From: Bacteroidota bacterium
Lineage (GTDB): Bacteria > Bacteroidota > Ignavibacteria > Kapaibacteriales > UBA2268
NCBI GenBank assembly: GCA_029974985.1
Contig: JARKQC010000227.1
Location: forward strand, 1,460-65,459
DNA length: 64,000 nucleotides
Direction: 5' to 3'
Below the pieces are notes generated by a model. That model ran no database searches and had not been told where the DNA came from. It saw only the letters and a list, made by a program, of their open reading frames with translations. Below, piece after piece: positions 19,267-28,201 of this stretch. Positions within the stretch are counted from its first letter, which is position 1; each line of letters starts with the position of its first letter. A program made the translations under genes and the position numbers.

Positions 19267-21510
19267 ATGGGAAAAAAATCTTCTGCAACAGTAAATCCGA
19301 AAAAATCTATAAAAGAGCCAGAAAAATTAACTGTATCCGATCCACAAGTAAGTGAAAAAAATACCAAGGCTTACGAAAGACTCATACAAATTGATACAAT
19401 TCAGCCCGAAGTTATTGGCTCGCGTTGTCATCATGGGAAAGGTGATGATTGCTCGGTTGACCGAACTAAATTAGATAGATCGCAAGCACCTCATATTACA
19501 TTAGACCTCGATAAAGACCATTTAATGAAAGCATTAAAAAATATGATGAAAGCAAGATTTACCGACGACAAGCATTTAGCACTTGTTAAGCAAGGTCGGT
19601 CGTTTTTCCATATTGGTTGCTCTGGACACGAAGCCACACAAACTGCAATTGCTTTCGCTTTAGAATCTGGTAAAGATTGGGGCTGGACTTATTATAGAGA
19701 TATGGCTTTTGCTTTTGCATTAGGCTATTCAATAGAAGATTATTTCTTATTAGCATTTGGAAAAGATGAAGACCCTGCAACGGGTGGAAGACAAATGCCC
19801 GGACATTTAGGTCATCCCAAATTTAATTTACCTACTCAATCTTCGCCAACGGGTACTCAATTTTTAAATGCTGTCGGTTGCTCTATGGCATCAAGAAAAA
19901 ATGGAACTGATGAGATAACTTATGTTTCATCTGGCGAAGGAACAACAAGCCAAGGCGAATTTTATGAAGCAGTGAATTGGGCAACAAAAGATGGATTGCC
20001 AACTTTATTCCACATTCAAGATAATGGATATGCTATTTCTGTTCCGCGTGCTGACCAATCTATGGGTTCGAGCGTTGTACATTCATTTTGTTGTTATCCG
20101 GGCTTATTGATGAAAGAATATGACGGAACTGATTATTTTGAATCTTTAAAAGCCGCTCGGGACGCAGTAAAATATATTCGCGAAGGGCGAGGACCTGCAT
20201 TATTACACGCTGTTGTAGAAAGATTAATTTCTCATTCATCATCAGATGACCAAAGAAAATATCGTTCTGAAGAAGAGCTTGCAAATGCTTCTGCTAAAAA
20301 AGATTGTATTAAAATTTTATCTAATTATCTAATTGAGTATAAAATTGCAACTGAAGATGAAATCGAAAATCTTAAAGTTACAGTAAAACAAGAAATTGAT
20401 AAAGCTGTTGAATGGGCTGAATCACGTCCCGAACCAAAAGTTGAAAATACTTTAAAACCGCTTTATGCACCAAAAGAAACTCACGATTTACCTTATGCAG
20501 TTTCTGAACCAAGCTCTGGAAATCAAATTGTATTAGTTGATTCGATTAATCACGCACTTTTCGAAGAAATGAAAAGAAATGATAAAATGTTGATTTTTGG
20601 TGAAGATATTGCTGACCCTAAAGGCGGTGTGTTTACTGCGACAAGAGGATTAACAAATGAATATGGTAGTAAACGCGTATTTAACTCGCCACTTGCTGAG
20701 GCTTCGATTGTTGGAGTTGCACTTGGGCTTGCAGTTCGCGGTTTTAAACCCGTAATCGAAATTCAATTTGGTGATTATATTTGGCCCGCATTTATGCAAT
20801 ATAAAAATGAGGTTGCCTCTATGCGATTCCGCTCTAATGGTGGATTTAAAGCGCCCGTAGTTACTCGTGTAGCTGTCGGTGGTTATATTCACGGTGGATT
20901 GTGTCATTCTCAAAATATTGAAAGTATTTTTTCTCATATACCGGGATTATTAATTGCTTATCCAAGTAATGCAGCTGATGCTAAAGGTTTGCTTAAAACT
21001 GCAATTCGCTTAGACGACCCCGTAATTTTCTGCGAACACAAGGCACTATATCGCTCGCCTTATGCCAGAGCTATCGAGCCAGACGAAAATTATTTAATTC
21101 CATTTGGAAAAGCTAAAATTGTTAAAGAAGGCAACGATGCAGTAATTGTAACTTATGGCATGGGTGTTAAAGATTCTATAAATGCTGTTAAAAAATATGA
21201 AAAAGAAACGGGAAAATCTATAAAAATTATTGATTTACGTACTATAAATCCTTGGGATAAAGAATTAGTACTCGAATCTGTAAAAGATTGCGGACGCGTT
21301 CTTATTGTTCACGAAGATACTCTTACTACGGGATTTGGTGCCGAAGTTTCCGCTACAATATCACAATATGCTTTCAATTGGCTTGATGCCCCAGTAATGA
21401 GACTTGCCGCTAAAGATTCACATATTCCTTATGCACCTGTTTACGAAGAAGATGTATTGCCAAATGAACATAAAGTATATGATAGTCTTGTAGAATTAAT
21501 GAATTTTTAA
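19267..21510 (+). CDS. Fused 2-oxoacid (branched-chain alpha-keto acid-type) dehydrogenase E1 component, alpha/beta subunits
   Basis: 747-aa ORF. TPP-binding region SSGEGTTSQGEFYEAVNWA in the N-terminal half. Transketolase-like pyrimidine-binding beta half (FNSPLAEASIVGVALGLA). Confidence 0.88.
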   Translation: MGKKSSATVNPKKSIKEPEKLTVSDPQVSEKNTKAYERLIQIDTIQPEVIGSRCHHGKGDDCSVDRTKLDRSQAPHITLDLDKDHLMKALKNMMKARFTDDKHLALVKQGRSFFHIGCSGHEATQTAIAFALESGKDWGWTYYRDMAFAFALGYSIEDYFLLAFGKDEDPATGGRQMPGHLGHPKFNLPTQSSPTGTQFLNAVGCSMASRKNGTDEITYVSSGEGTTSQGEFYEAVNWATKDGLPTLFHIQDNGYAISVPRADQSMGSSVVHSFCCYPGLLMKEYDGTDYFESLKAARDAVKYIREGRGPALLHAVVERLISHSSSDDQRKYRSEEELANASAKKDCIKILSNYLIEYKIATEDEIENLKVTVKQEIDKAVEWAESRPEPKVENTLKPLYAPKETHDLPYAVSEPSSGNQIVLVDSINHALFEEMKRNDKMLIFGEDIADPKGGVFTATRGLTNEYGSKRVFNSPLAEASIVGVALGLAVRGFKPVIEIQFGDYIWPAFMQYKNEVASMRFRSNGGFKAPVVTRVAVGGYIHGGLCHSQNIESIFSHIPGLLIAYPSNAADAKGLLKTAIRLDDPVIFCEHKALYRSPYARAIEPDENYLIPFGKAKIVKEGNDAVIVTYGMGVKDSINAVKKYEKETGKSIKIIDLRTINPWDKELVLESVKDCGRVLIVHEDTLTTGFGAEVSATISQYAFNWLDAPVMRLAAKDSHIPYAPVYEEDVLPNEHKVYDSLVELMNF

Positions 21511-21535
21511 AATTTAATATTTATAATTTATTTAG

Positions 21536-21568
21536 ATGTCCAACATTATATTAAAAGATGTTGGACAT
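21536..21568. repeat. Palindromic module D: ATGTCCAACAT-11 nt-ATGTTGGACAT, followed by a T-run (probable terminator of the E1 gene)
   Basis: 11-bp perfect stem, then TTTTTT. Same arm sequence as the 21662 and 59942 copies. Confidence 0.75.
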
Positions 21569-21584
21569 TTTTTAATATAGATAT

Positions 21585-21608
21585 ATCTTCTGTGTCGCTC
21601 AGAAAGAT
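21585..21608. repeat. Module E-like hairpin ATCTTCTG-tgtcgct-CAGAAAGAT
   Basis: 8 bp with a 1-nt bulge. The cgctcagaaaga segment aligns with gcgttcagaatga at 59997-60008. Confidence 0.4.
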
Positions 21609-21624
21609 GCAAATCATTTTTGAC

Positions 21625-21638
21625 AAGCAAGAATGCTT
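21625..21638. repeat. Palindromic module C: AAGCA-agaa-TGCTT
   Basis: Core identical to the 14451 and 14523 copies. The gacaagcaaga flank matches the 60021 copy. Confidence 0.6.
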
Positions 21639-21661
21639 ATACAAGAAATTTTTAAAAATTT

Positions 21662-21696
21662 AGATGTCCAACACCTCCCAAAAATGCTGGACATCT
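21662..21696. repeat. Palindromic module D: AGATGTCCAACA-11 nt-TGCTGGACATCT
   Basis: 12-bp stem with one A/C mismatch, 12 nt downstream of the icd stop on the minus strand. Confidence 0.7.
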
Positions 21697-21707
21697 TTAA
21701 TCGCATA

Positions 21708-23936
21708 TTACATATTATCTATAATATTATTTAAGATAGCGCTCGGACGCATAATTTTAGATGTTTTTTCGAAATCAAGGAAATAATATCCACCCGTATC
21801 AACGCTAACACCCTGAACATTATTAAGTTCCTCATTTATCGTGGCTTCGTTTTTACTCATTTCGTCATAAATTTTTGAAAAACGTGATTTTAATTCCATA
21901 TCATCAGATTGATTTTTAAGCTGTTCAGCCCAATATAATGCTAAATAGAAGGAACTTCCTCGATTATCAATTTCCTTTACTTTTCGAGATGGTAATTTAC
22001 CATTTTCGAGATAAACACCAATAGCCAAATCAAGAGTTTGTGCTAAAATTTTAATTTTATTATCACCCGTTTTTTCAAATGCAAGTTCTAATGATGGAAC
22101 TAATGCGCAATATTCACCTAATGAATCCCATCTTAAGTGATTTTCTTCGATTAATTGTTGAACGTGTTTCGGAGCCGAACCTCCCGCACCAGTTTCAAAT
22201 AAGCCTCCACCATTTAATAATGGAACTATTGAAAGCATTCTGGCGCTTGTACCAAGCTCTAAAATTGGGAATAAATCAGTTAAATAATCACGCAAGACAT
22301 TACCCGTAACAGATATAGTATCCATTCCTTTACGAGTTCTCGCGAGCGTAAATTTCATTGCATCGTCGGGGCTAAGTATTTGAATATCTAATCCATTTGT
22401 ATCATATAAAGGTAAATATTTTTTTACTTTTTTAATTATTTCGCTGTCGTGTCCACGATTTTCATCAAGCCAAAAAATGGCGGGCGAGTTCGTAGATCTT
22501 GCTCTTTTCACTGCAAGCCCTACCCAATCTTTAATTGGTAAATCTTTTGTTTGACACATTCTAAAAATATCGCCTTTTTCTACATTTTGCTCGATTAAAA
22601 CATTATTATTATTATCAACTATTCTTATTTTACCATTTTCTTTTGCTTCGAATGTTTTATCATGCGAGCCGTATTCTTCTGCTTTTTGAGCCATAAGACC
22701 AACGTTAGAAACTGCTCCCATCGTTGCGGGATTAAACTGCCCATTTGCTTTTGCATCTTCTAAAATCGTAGCATAAATCGTTGCATAAGAGCGGTCGGGA
22801 ATCATAGCGATACAATCTTGTAATTCATCGTGTTTATTCCACATTTTTCCGCCATCACGAACGACATTTGGCATCGAGGCATCGATAATTATATTATTTG
22901 GAACGTGTAAATTAGTAATCCCATTACGAGAATCAACCATTGCAAGCTCGGGCTGAGTCTCATAAACTTTTTCTATATCATTTTTTATTTCTAATTTTTT
23001 GTCCTCGGGGAGACGCTCAATTTTAGCTAAAATATCAGACAATCCATTATTTGGATTTGCACCAATTTCTTTTAAAATTTCAGCGTGCTTGTCGAGTGCT
23101 TCTTTATAATAAACCGAAACAGCATGACCGAACATTATGGGGTCTGATACTTTCATCATCGTAGCTTTTAGATGTAAGGAAAGCAAAACATTGTCTTTTC
23201 GAGCTTCTTCGATTTGTTCAGCATAGAATTTCTGTAATGCTTTTACATTCATTACCGCTGTGTCAATTACTTCGCCTTCGATTAAAGAAAATTTATTTTT
23301 TAAAATAGTAGTTTCAGAATTATCGTTAATAAATTCTATTCTAACTTCACAGGGTTTTTGAACTGTTAATGATTTTTCACTACCAAAGAAATCCATATCT
23401 TTCATATATGCAACTCTTGCTTTCGAACCGCTTTGGGGCCAAGGTTTCATCATTCTATGTGGAAATTTTTGAGCAAATTTCTTAACTGATTCTGCGGCGC
23501 GACGGTCAGAATTGCCTTCTCTTAAAACGGGATTTACTGCAGAGCCAAGGCATTTTGCAAAACGCGTTTGCAGAGCTTTCTCTTCATCGTTTGTAGCCTC
23601 TTCTGGATAATTGGGTATATCATAACCCTTGTTTTGTAATTCTTTAATAGCACTTTTTAATTGTGGAATCGAAGCACTAATATTTGGCAATTTTATAATA
23701 TTAGCATCTTCATCTTTAACTAATTTTCCCAATTCGGATAAGTAATCCGTTATTTTTTGTTCTTCTGTAAGTTTCTCTGGAAAATTAGCGATAATTCGAC
23801 CTGCAAGAGAAATATCTCTTGTTTCGATATCAATTTGAGTGCCTTTTGTAAAACTTTTGATAATAGGCAATAAGCAGTAAGAAGCTAATTCGGGAGCTTC
23901 ATCAATTTTAGTCCAAATAATTTTATGATTTGACAT
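21708..23936 (-). CDS. icd: NADP-dependent isocitrate dehydrogenase, monomeric type
   Basis: 742-aa ORF; length and N-terminus (IIWTKIDEAPELASYCLLPII) are typical of the ~740-aa monomeric IDH family. Confidence 0.92.
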   Translation of the reverse strand: MSNHKIIWTKIDEAPELASYCLLPIIKSFTKGTQIDIETRDISLAGRIIANFPEKLTEEQKITDYLSELGKLVKDEDANIIKLPNISASIPQLKSAIKELQNKGYDIPNYPEEATNDEEKALQTRFAKCLGSAVNPVLREGNSDRRAAESVKKFAQKFPHRMMKPWPQSGSKARVAYMKDMDFFGSEKSLTVQKPCEVRIEFINDNSETTILKNKFSLIEGEVIDTAVMNVKALQKFYAEQIEEARKDNVLLSLHLKATMMKVSDPIMFGHAVSVYYKEALDKHAEILKEIGANPNNGLSDILAKIERLPEDKKLEIKNDIEKVYETQPELAMVDSRNGITNLHVPNNIIIDASMPNVVRDGGKMWNKHDELQDCIAMIPDRSYATIYATILEDAKANGQFNPATMGAVSNVGLMAQKAEEYGSHDKTFEAKENGKIRIVDNNNNVLIEQNVEKGDIFRMCQTKDLPIKDWVGLAVKRARSTNSPAIFWLDENRGHDSEIIKKVKKYLPLYDTNGLDIQILSPDDAMKFTLARTRKGMDTISVTGNVLRDYLTDLFPILELGTSARMLSIVPLLNGGGLFETGAGGSAPKHVQQLIEENHLRWDSLGEYCALVPSLELAFEKTGDNKIKILAQTLDLAIGVYLENGKLPSRKVKEIDNRGSSFYLALYWAEQLKNQSDDMELKSRFSKIYDEMSKNEATINEELNNVQGVSVDTGGYYFLDFEKTSKIMRPSAILNNIIDNM

Positions 23937-24153
23937 TTTAAAAAACCCAAAAATTTATATATTTTTACGAAAAGTCAATTTTTTGAATAATATTGCTTTA
24001 AACTACAAAATTAATAATCTTTTCTTTTATAAAAAAAGAAATATGTAAATATATTAAAATGTATATATAAGAGAATTATTTTATAATTTTATACTAATAC
24101 AATTATAATTGCGTAAATATCTATAATAATATACAATTAATTAATAAATAATA

Positions 24154-24657
24154 ATGACAAAGCATTTTATAAATCTTACAAACGGCATAGAAGCATTAGA
24201 AGAATATGATTTTAATATTGAAAATATTTCCTTTATAAGAATACAATCAAGCCATTTCGAATCTCATAAATTCGATGAAGTACTTTATGAATTAGACCAC
24301 AATTTTTTAATGCACTTAGCTTTGGGCTATTATTGTAAAATTTATGATTATGGAGCAAGAGCGGAAACTGCAAAAGCATTACGAATAGGAGTCGAATGGA
24401 TAAAATTTGTTCTTAATAAACGCTGGTTAGAAAAAAAATATGTTCCAATAATAAAATATAAAATTGTAACAAATTATTTCGAAGAGCAGTATAAAAAAAT
24501 TAGTAATCGAACTAAAAAGAAACTTGATTATTATAAAAAATACTTAAATATTGAAGATGAAATTCTACTAGAGGGAATTAACGGCACAACACTTATGGAT
24601 AATAAGCCTGAATTTTATAAATCAATTTTATTAAATAAAATCAAACCCAATAAATAA
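24154..24657 (+). CDS. Hypothetical protein (no domain recognised)
   Basis: 167-aa ORF with its own AT-rich upstream region and downstream hairpin. No signal peptide or TM segment. Confidence 0.45.
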   Translation: MTKHFINLTNGIEALEEYDFNIENISFIRIQSSHFESHKFDEVLYELDHNFLMHLALGYYCKIYDYGARAETAKALRIGVEWIKFVLNKRWLEKKYVPIIKYKIVTNYFEEQYKKISNRTKKKLDYYKKYLNIEDEILLEGINGTTLMDNKPEFYKSILLNKIKPNK

Positions 24658-24660
24658 TAA

Positions 24661-24695
24661 AATGGGCTAAATTTAATTATTAAAAATAGCCCATT
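24661..24695. terminator. Hairpin between convergent genes (AATGGGCTA...TAGCCCATT)
   Basis: 9-bp stem with a 17-nt AT loop and T/A-rich flanks on both strands. Confidence 0.45.
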
Positions 24696-24724
24696 TCTTA
24701 AAAATTATCTAAACAATTTAAAAA

Positions 24725-26218
24725 TTATTTGATCTTTTTCTTAATTTCTTCAAGTTTTTTGTCATCACCCTTTTCAGAATAAATTTTTAACATATTCAAA
24801 TAATATTGTTCTTTTTGATTTTCAGGGATAGTATATTCAATAGCTTCGAGATTTCTGATAGTTTTATTTAATTTATCTTTTTCCTCGAGAACTTGATATA
24901 TATTTGCAAGTTCAGAAAGAATAAACATATCATTTTGGTATGTTTTAATATTCAAAGCTTTATCAAAATATTTTGCAGATTCAACTAAATCAGATTTATA
25001 ATTATCGAAATTAATTTTATATGTTTTATCTTTTTCAGCTTTATCTTGCTCTAATTTTTGTTTAACACTTGCACGATTTTTATAAGCGGCTGCAATATTT
25101 CTTACTGCTTTGTTAAAAATTTCATCTACTTTCAAAGCTTGTTGATATGTATTAATAGCGTCATCATATTTTTGTAAAGTTTGATATAAGTCAGCAAGTT
25201 GAGTTATATACATTGCATTATTAGGCTCAGATTTTATTAAAGATTTAACAGCATCGAGTGCTTCATCGGTACGGTTAAGTTCCTGATAAATACTAATCAT
25301 AGTAGAATATGCAGAGCTATTATCGGGTTCGAGTGTAATAAGCATTTTAACATATTTTAATGATTGTTCTAAGTCTTTCTTCTCATAAAAATGCTGTGCA
25401 AGAATAACGTAAGGAGTGGTATTGATATTTACATTCATTCTTTTTTCAGTTGGTAACCAATTTTCTGGCATATCATAATTCCAGCCATTAACAAGTATAT
25501 TTCCATTTTCACTTTCAGAAAATACGTATAATTCCTTACCATCAATTAAATAATAATCAATGTATGTAGAATCTCCTTTATTATTAAAACCGGGTATATT
25601 AGATTTTGGATTACCTAATTTGTCAAGAATTTTTTGTCTCGGTACTTTATTATAAAAATTATATTTTACGGCTAAATTATAATTTTTTTCATTTCTTTTT
25701 ATATATTCTTCATAACTTGCTAAAGATGACGCTTTATCGCCTTTTAAATCATATACGATAGCAAGTAAATTATAAAAATCTAAAATTTCTGGTCTAATTT
25801 TATTACCAAGTTTAAAAAATGAAATAGCAGAATCAAGTACACTTGAATTTTTTATAGTTGAATACTTACTATAATAAGAAATACCCGTATTATAGCATTC
25901 AACCCAAATATTATTAAGTAGAACTTGCTCTTGACTTTTTAATTGTGGATTTTTTGTAACTTCTAAACATTTTAGGGCATATTTAGCCGATTCGCTCATA
26001 TTCTTTTTTTGAAAATTAATATCAGCAAGCAATGCAAGAGCTTCGTCGCTATTAGGATTCGTAGCAAGTTCTTTATTTAATGATTCGATAGCTTCGTCGA
26101 ATTGCTGGTTTTTAATTTTCACTTTTGCAGTAGTAATATTCCTTGATGAACATTCAAATCCTTGGAATACAACAGCCCCCACGAGCAAACTTATTAATAA
26201 GAAAATAAATCTTTTCAC
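24725..26218 (-). CDS. TPR repeat-containing secreted protein
   Basis: 497-aa ORF with signal peptide and multiple TPR-like helical repeats (e.g. ALALLADINFQKKN, AYSTMISIYQELNRTDEALDAV, LADLYQTLQKYDDAINTYQQAL). Confidence 0.75.
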   Translation of the reverse strand: MKRFIFLLISLLVGAVVFQGFECSSRNITTAKVKIKNQQFDEAIESLNKELATNPNSDEALALLADINFQKKNMSESAKYALKCLEVTKNPQLKSQEQVLLNNIWVECYNTGISYYSKYSTIKNSSVLDSAISFFKLGNKIRPEILDFYNLLAIVYDLKGDKASSLASYEEYIKRNEKNYNLAVKYNFYNKVPRQKILDKLGNPKSNIPGFNNKGDSTYIDYYLIDGKELYVFSESENGNILVNGWNYDMPENWLPTEKRMNVNINTTPYVILAQHFYEKKDLEQSLKYVKMLITLEPDNSSAYSTMISIYQELNRTDEALDAVKSLIKSEPNNAMYITQLADLYQTLQKYDDAINTYQQALKVDEIFNKAVRNIAAAYKNRASVKQKLEQDKAEKDKTYKINFDNYKSDLVESAKYFDKALNIKTYQNDMFILSELANIYQVLEEKDKLNKTIRNLEAIEYTIPENQKEQYYLNMLKIYSEKGDDKKLEEIKKKIK

Positions 26219-26538
26219 TTTATTATCTCCAATATTGTTATTATATAAATTTCATTAAAAATAGATTATTTAAAATATAATTTCCATAAGTTATCAAAAA
26301 TAATGAATTATTTTAAGATAAATCACAATTTGTTTAAATTATTTCAAAATTTGATTATTATCTTATAAATAATATCACTAATTTAAAAACAAATTAATTG
26401 AATTTGATTGTTTTTTAACCTATTTATTAATGAAAAAACTAAATTATAAATAATTTTTCATAATTTATATAATTATTCAGTAAAAATACTTATTTTTGAA
26501 TTATAGTTAAGTATCATAAAAATAAATGAAAACTAATA

Positions 26539-27909
26539 ATGAAAACATTAATTGAACCTTTCAAAATAAAAAGTATTGAAGAGATTCCAATTACTACACG
26601 TGAACAAAGAGAAAGATATCTTGCTAATGCTTTTTACAATCCATTCTTTTTACGTTCTGAATATGTTACGATTGACTTATTAACCGATAGTGGAACAACA
26701 GCACTAAGTAGCAAACAATGGGCGGGTCTTATGGACGGCGACGAGGCTTATGCAGGTAGCCGTAGCTATTACAAATTTGAAGACGCAGTTAAAGAAATTA
26801 CGGGTCTAAAACATATTATTCCGACTCATCAAGGTCGAGCAGCAGAAAAAATTCTTTTTACAATAGCCGCAAAACCGGGTATTGTTATTCCAAGTAATTC
26901 ACATTTTGATACTACTCGCGGCAATATAGAATACGCTGGCGCTGAAGCAATTGATAATCTTGTTGACGTTGGTAGCAAACCAGAAGTAGAAGCACCGTTT
27001 AAAGGTAATATGGATCTCGAAAAATTAAGAAAATTAATTCTTGAAAAAGGTAGAGAAAATATTCCTTTATGTATGCTTACTGTAACAAATAATACCTCTG
27101 GCGGTCAGCCCGTTTCTATGCAAAATATTCGCGAGACAAAAGCATTATGTAAAGAATTTGGTATTCCATTATTCCTCGATGCCTGCCGTTTTGCAGAAAA
27201 TGCTTATTTTATTAAAAAGCGTGAACCCGGTTATGAGAATAAATCAATAAAAGAAATTGCTCAAGAAATGTTCTCTTATTGTGATGGTGCTACGATGTCT
27301 GCCAAAAAAGATGGGCTTTCTAATACTGGAGGATTTTTAGCGTTAAATGACGATGCTATGGCAGAGCAAGCAAAAGTATTGTTAATTATTACCGAAGGAT
27401 TTTTAACTTATGGCGGTATGACAAGACGCGATTTAGAAGCATTAGCACAAGGCTTTGAAGAAGTCCTTAATGAAAATTATCTCGAATATAGAATTGGTCA
27501 AGTAAAATATCTCGGTGATAAATTATTAGAAGCGGGTGTTCCAATTCTTCAACCAACAGGTGGCCACGCCGTTTATCTCGATGCTAAAAGATTTGCACCA
27601 CATATAGCACCCGAGAATTTTCCCGGTCAGAGCGTTTTATGCGAATTATATTTAATTAGTGGTGTGCGTGCAGTTGAAATTGGCTCTTTAATGTTTGGAA
27701 AAGCAGATACTAATGGTAATTCACAATCTCCGGAAATGGAACTTGTAAGATTAGCAATCCCAAGACGCGTTTATACAAAATCTCATATAGATTATATCGC
27801 TGAAGCTTGTATCGAAACTTATAATAATCGTGAAAAATTACGCGGAATGGAAATTACCCACGAAGTAGAATATTTAAGACATTTTACAGCAAAATTGAAA
27901 TTTATTTAA
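26539..27909 (+). CDS. tnaA: Tryptophanase (beta-eliminating lyase family; tyrosine phenol-lyase not fully excluded)
   Basis: 456-aa ORF. DLLTDSGT, THQGRAAE, PLP-lysine context MSAKKDGL. C-terminal LRHFTAKLK matches my recollection of the enterobacterial TnaA C-terminus. Confidence 0.85.
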   Translation: MKTLIEPFKIKSIEEIPITTREQRERYLANAFYNPFFLRSEYVTIDLLTDSGTTALSSKQWAGLMDGDEAYAGSRSYYKFEDAVKEITGLKHIIPTHQGRAAEKILFTIAAKPGIVIPSNSHFDTTRGNIEYAGAEAIDNLVDVGSKPEVEAPFKGNMDLEKLRKLILEKGRENIPLCMLTVTNNTSGGQPVSMQNIRETKALCKEFGIPLFLDACRFAENAYFIKKREPGYENKSIKEIAQEMFSYCDGATMSAKKDGLSNTGGFLALNDDAMAEQAKVLLIITEGFLTYGGMTRRDLEALAQGFEEVLNENYLEYRIGQVKYLGDKLLEAGVPILQPTGGHAVYLDAKRFAPHIAPENFPGQSVLCELYLISGVRAVEIGSLMFGKADTNGNSQSPEMELVRLAIPRRVYTKSHIDYIAEACIETYNNREKLRGMEITHEVEYLRHFTAKLKFI

Positions 27910-27936
27910 TTTTAATTATTTTATATTATAAATTTT

Positions 27937-27970
27937 TAGTGGCTGATTAAATATTTTCAGCCACTAATTT
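27937..27970 (+). terminator. Hairpin after tnaA (TAGTGGCTGA...TCAGCCACTA)
   Basis: 10-bp perfect stem with a weak T-tract (atttct). Confidence 0.4.
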
Positions 27971-28201
27971 CTAACATTTCTTAAAAAATAAATGTATTTA
28001 ATAAATTTATAAAAATTTTCTAAAATATAATTATTTTATATCGTTTATTAACTTTAATTATTCCTATTTCTTTATTTATTTTGGGATTATTTTATAGCCG
28101 CATTATTACTAATGTTAAATATTATAGTTAAAATTTTAACTTATTGTTTTATTTTCTAATAATTTTATAACTAAATTAATGAGTTATTTTAGTAAATAAT
28201 T

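Noticed and set aside
26219-26538. tnaC-like leader peptide upstream of tryptophanase
   Set aside because: The short ORFs present (e.g. MNYFKINHNLFKLFQNLIIIL, MKKLNYK) contain no Trp codon and show no Rho-utilisation or pause features that I can see.
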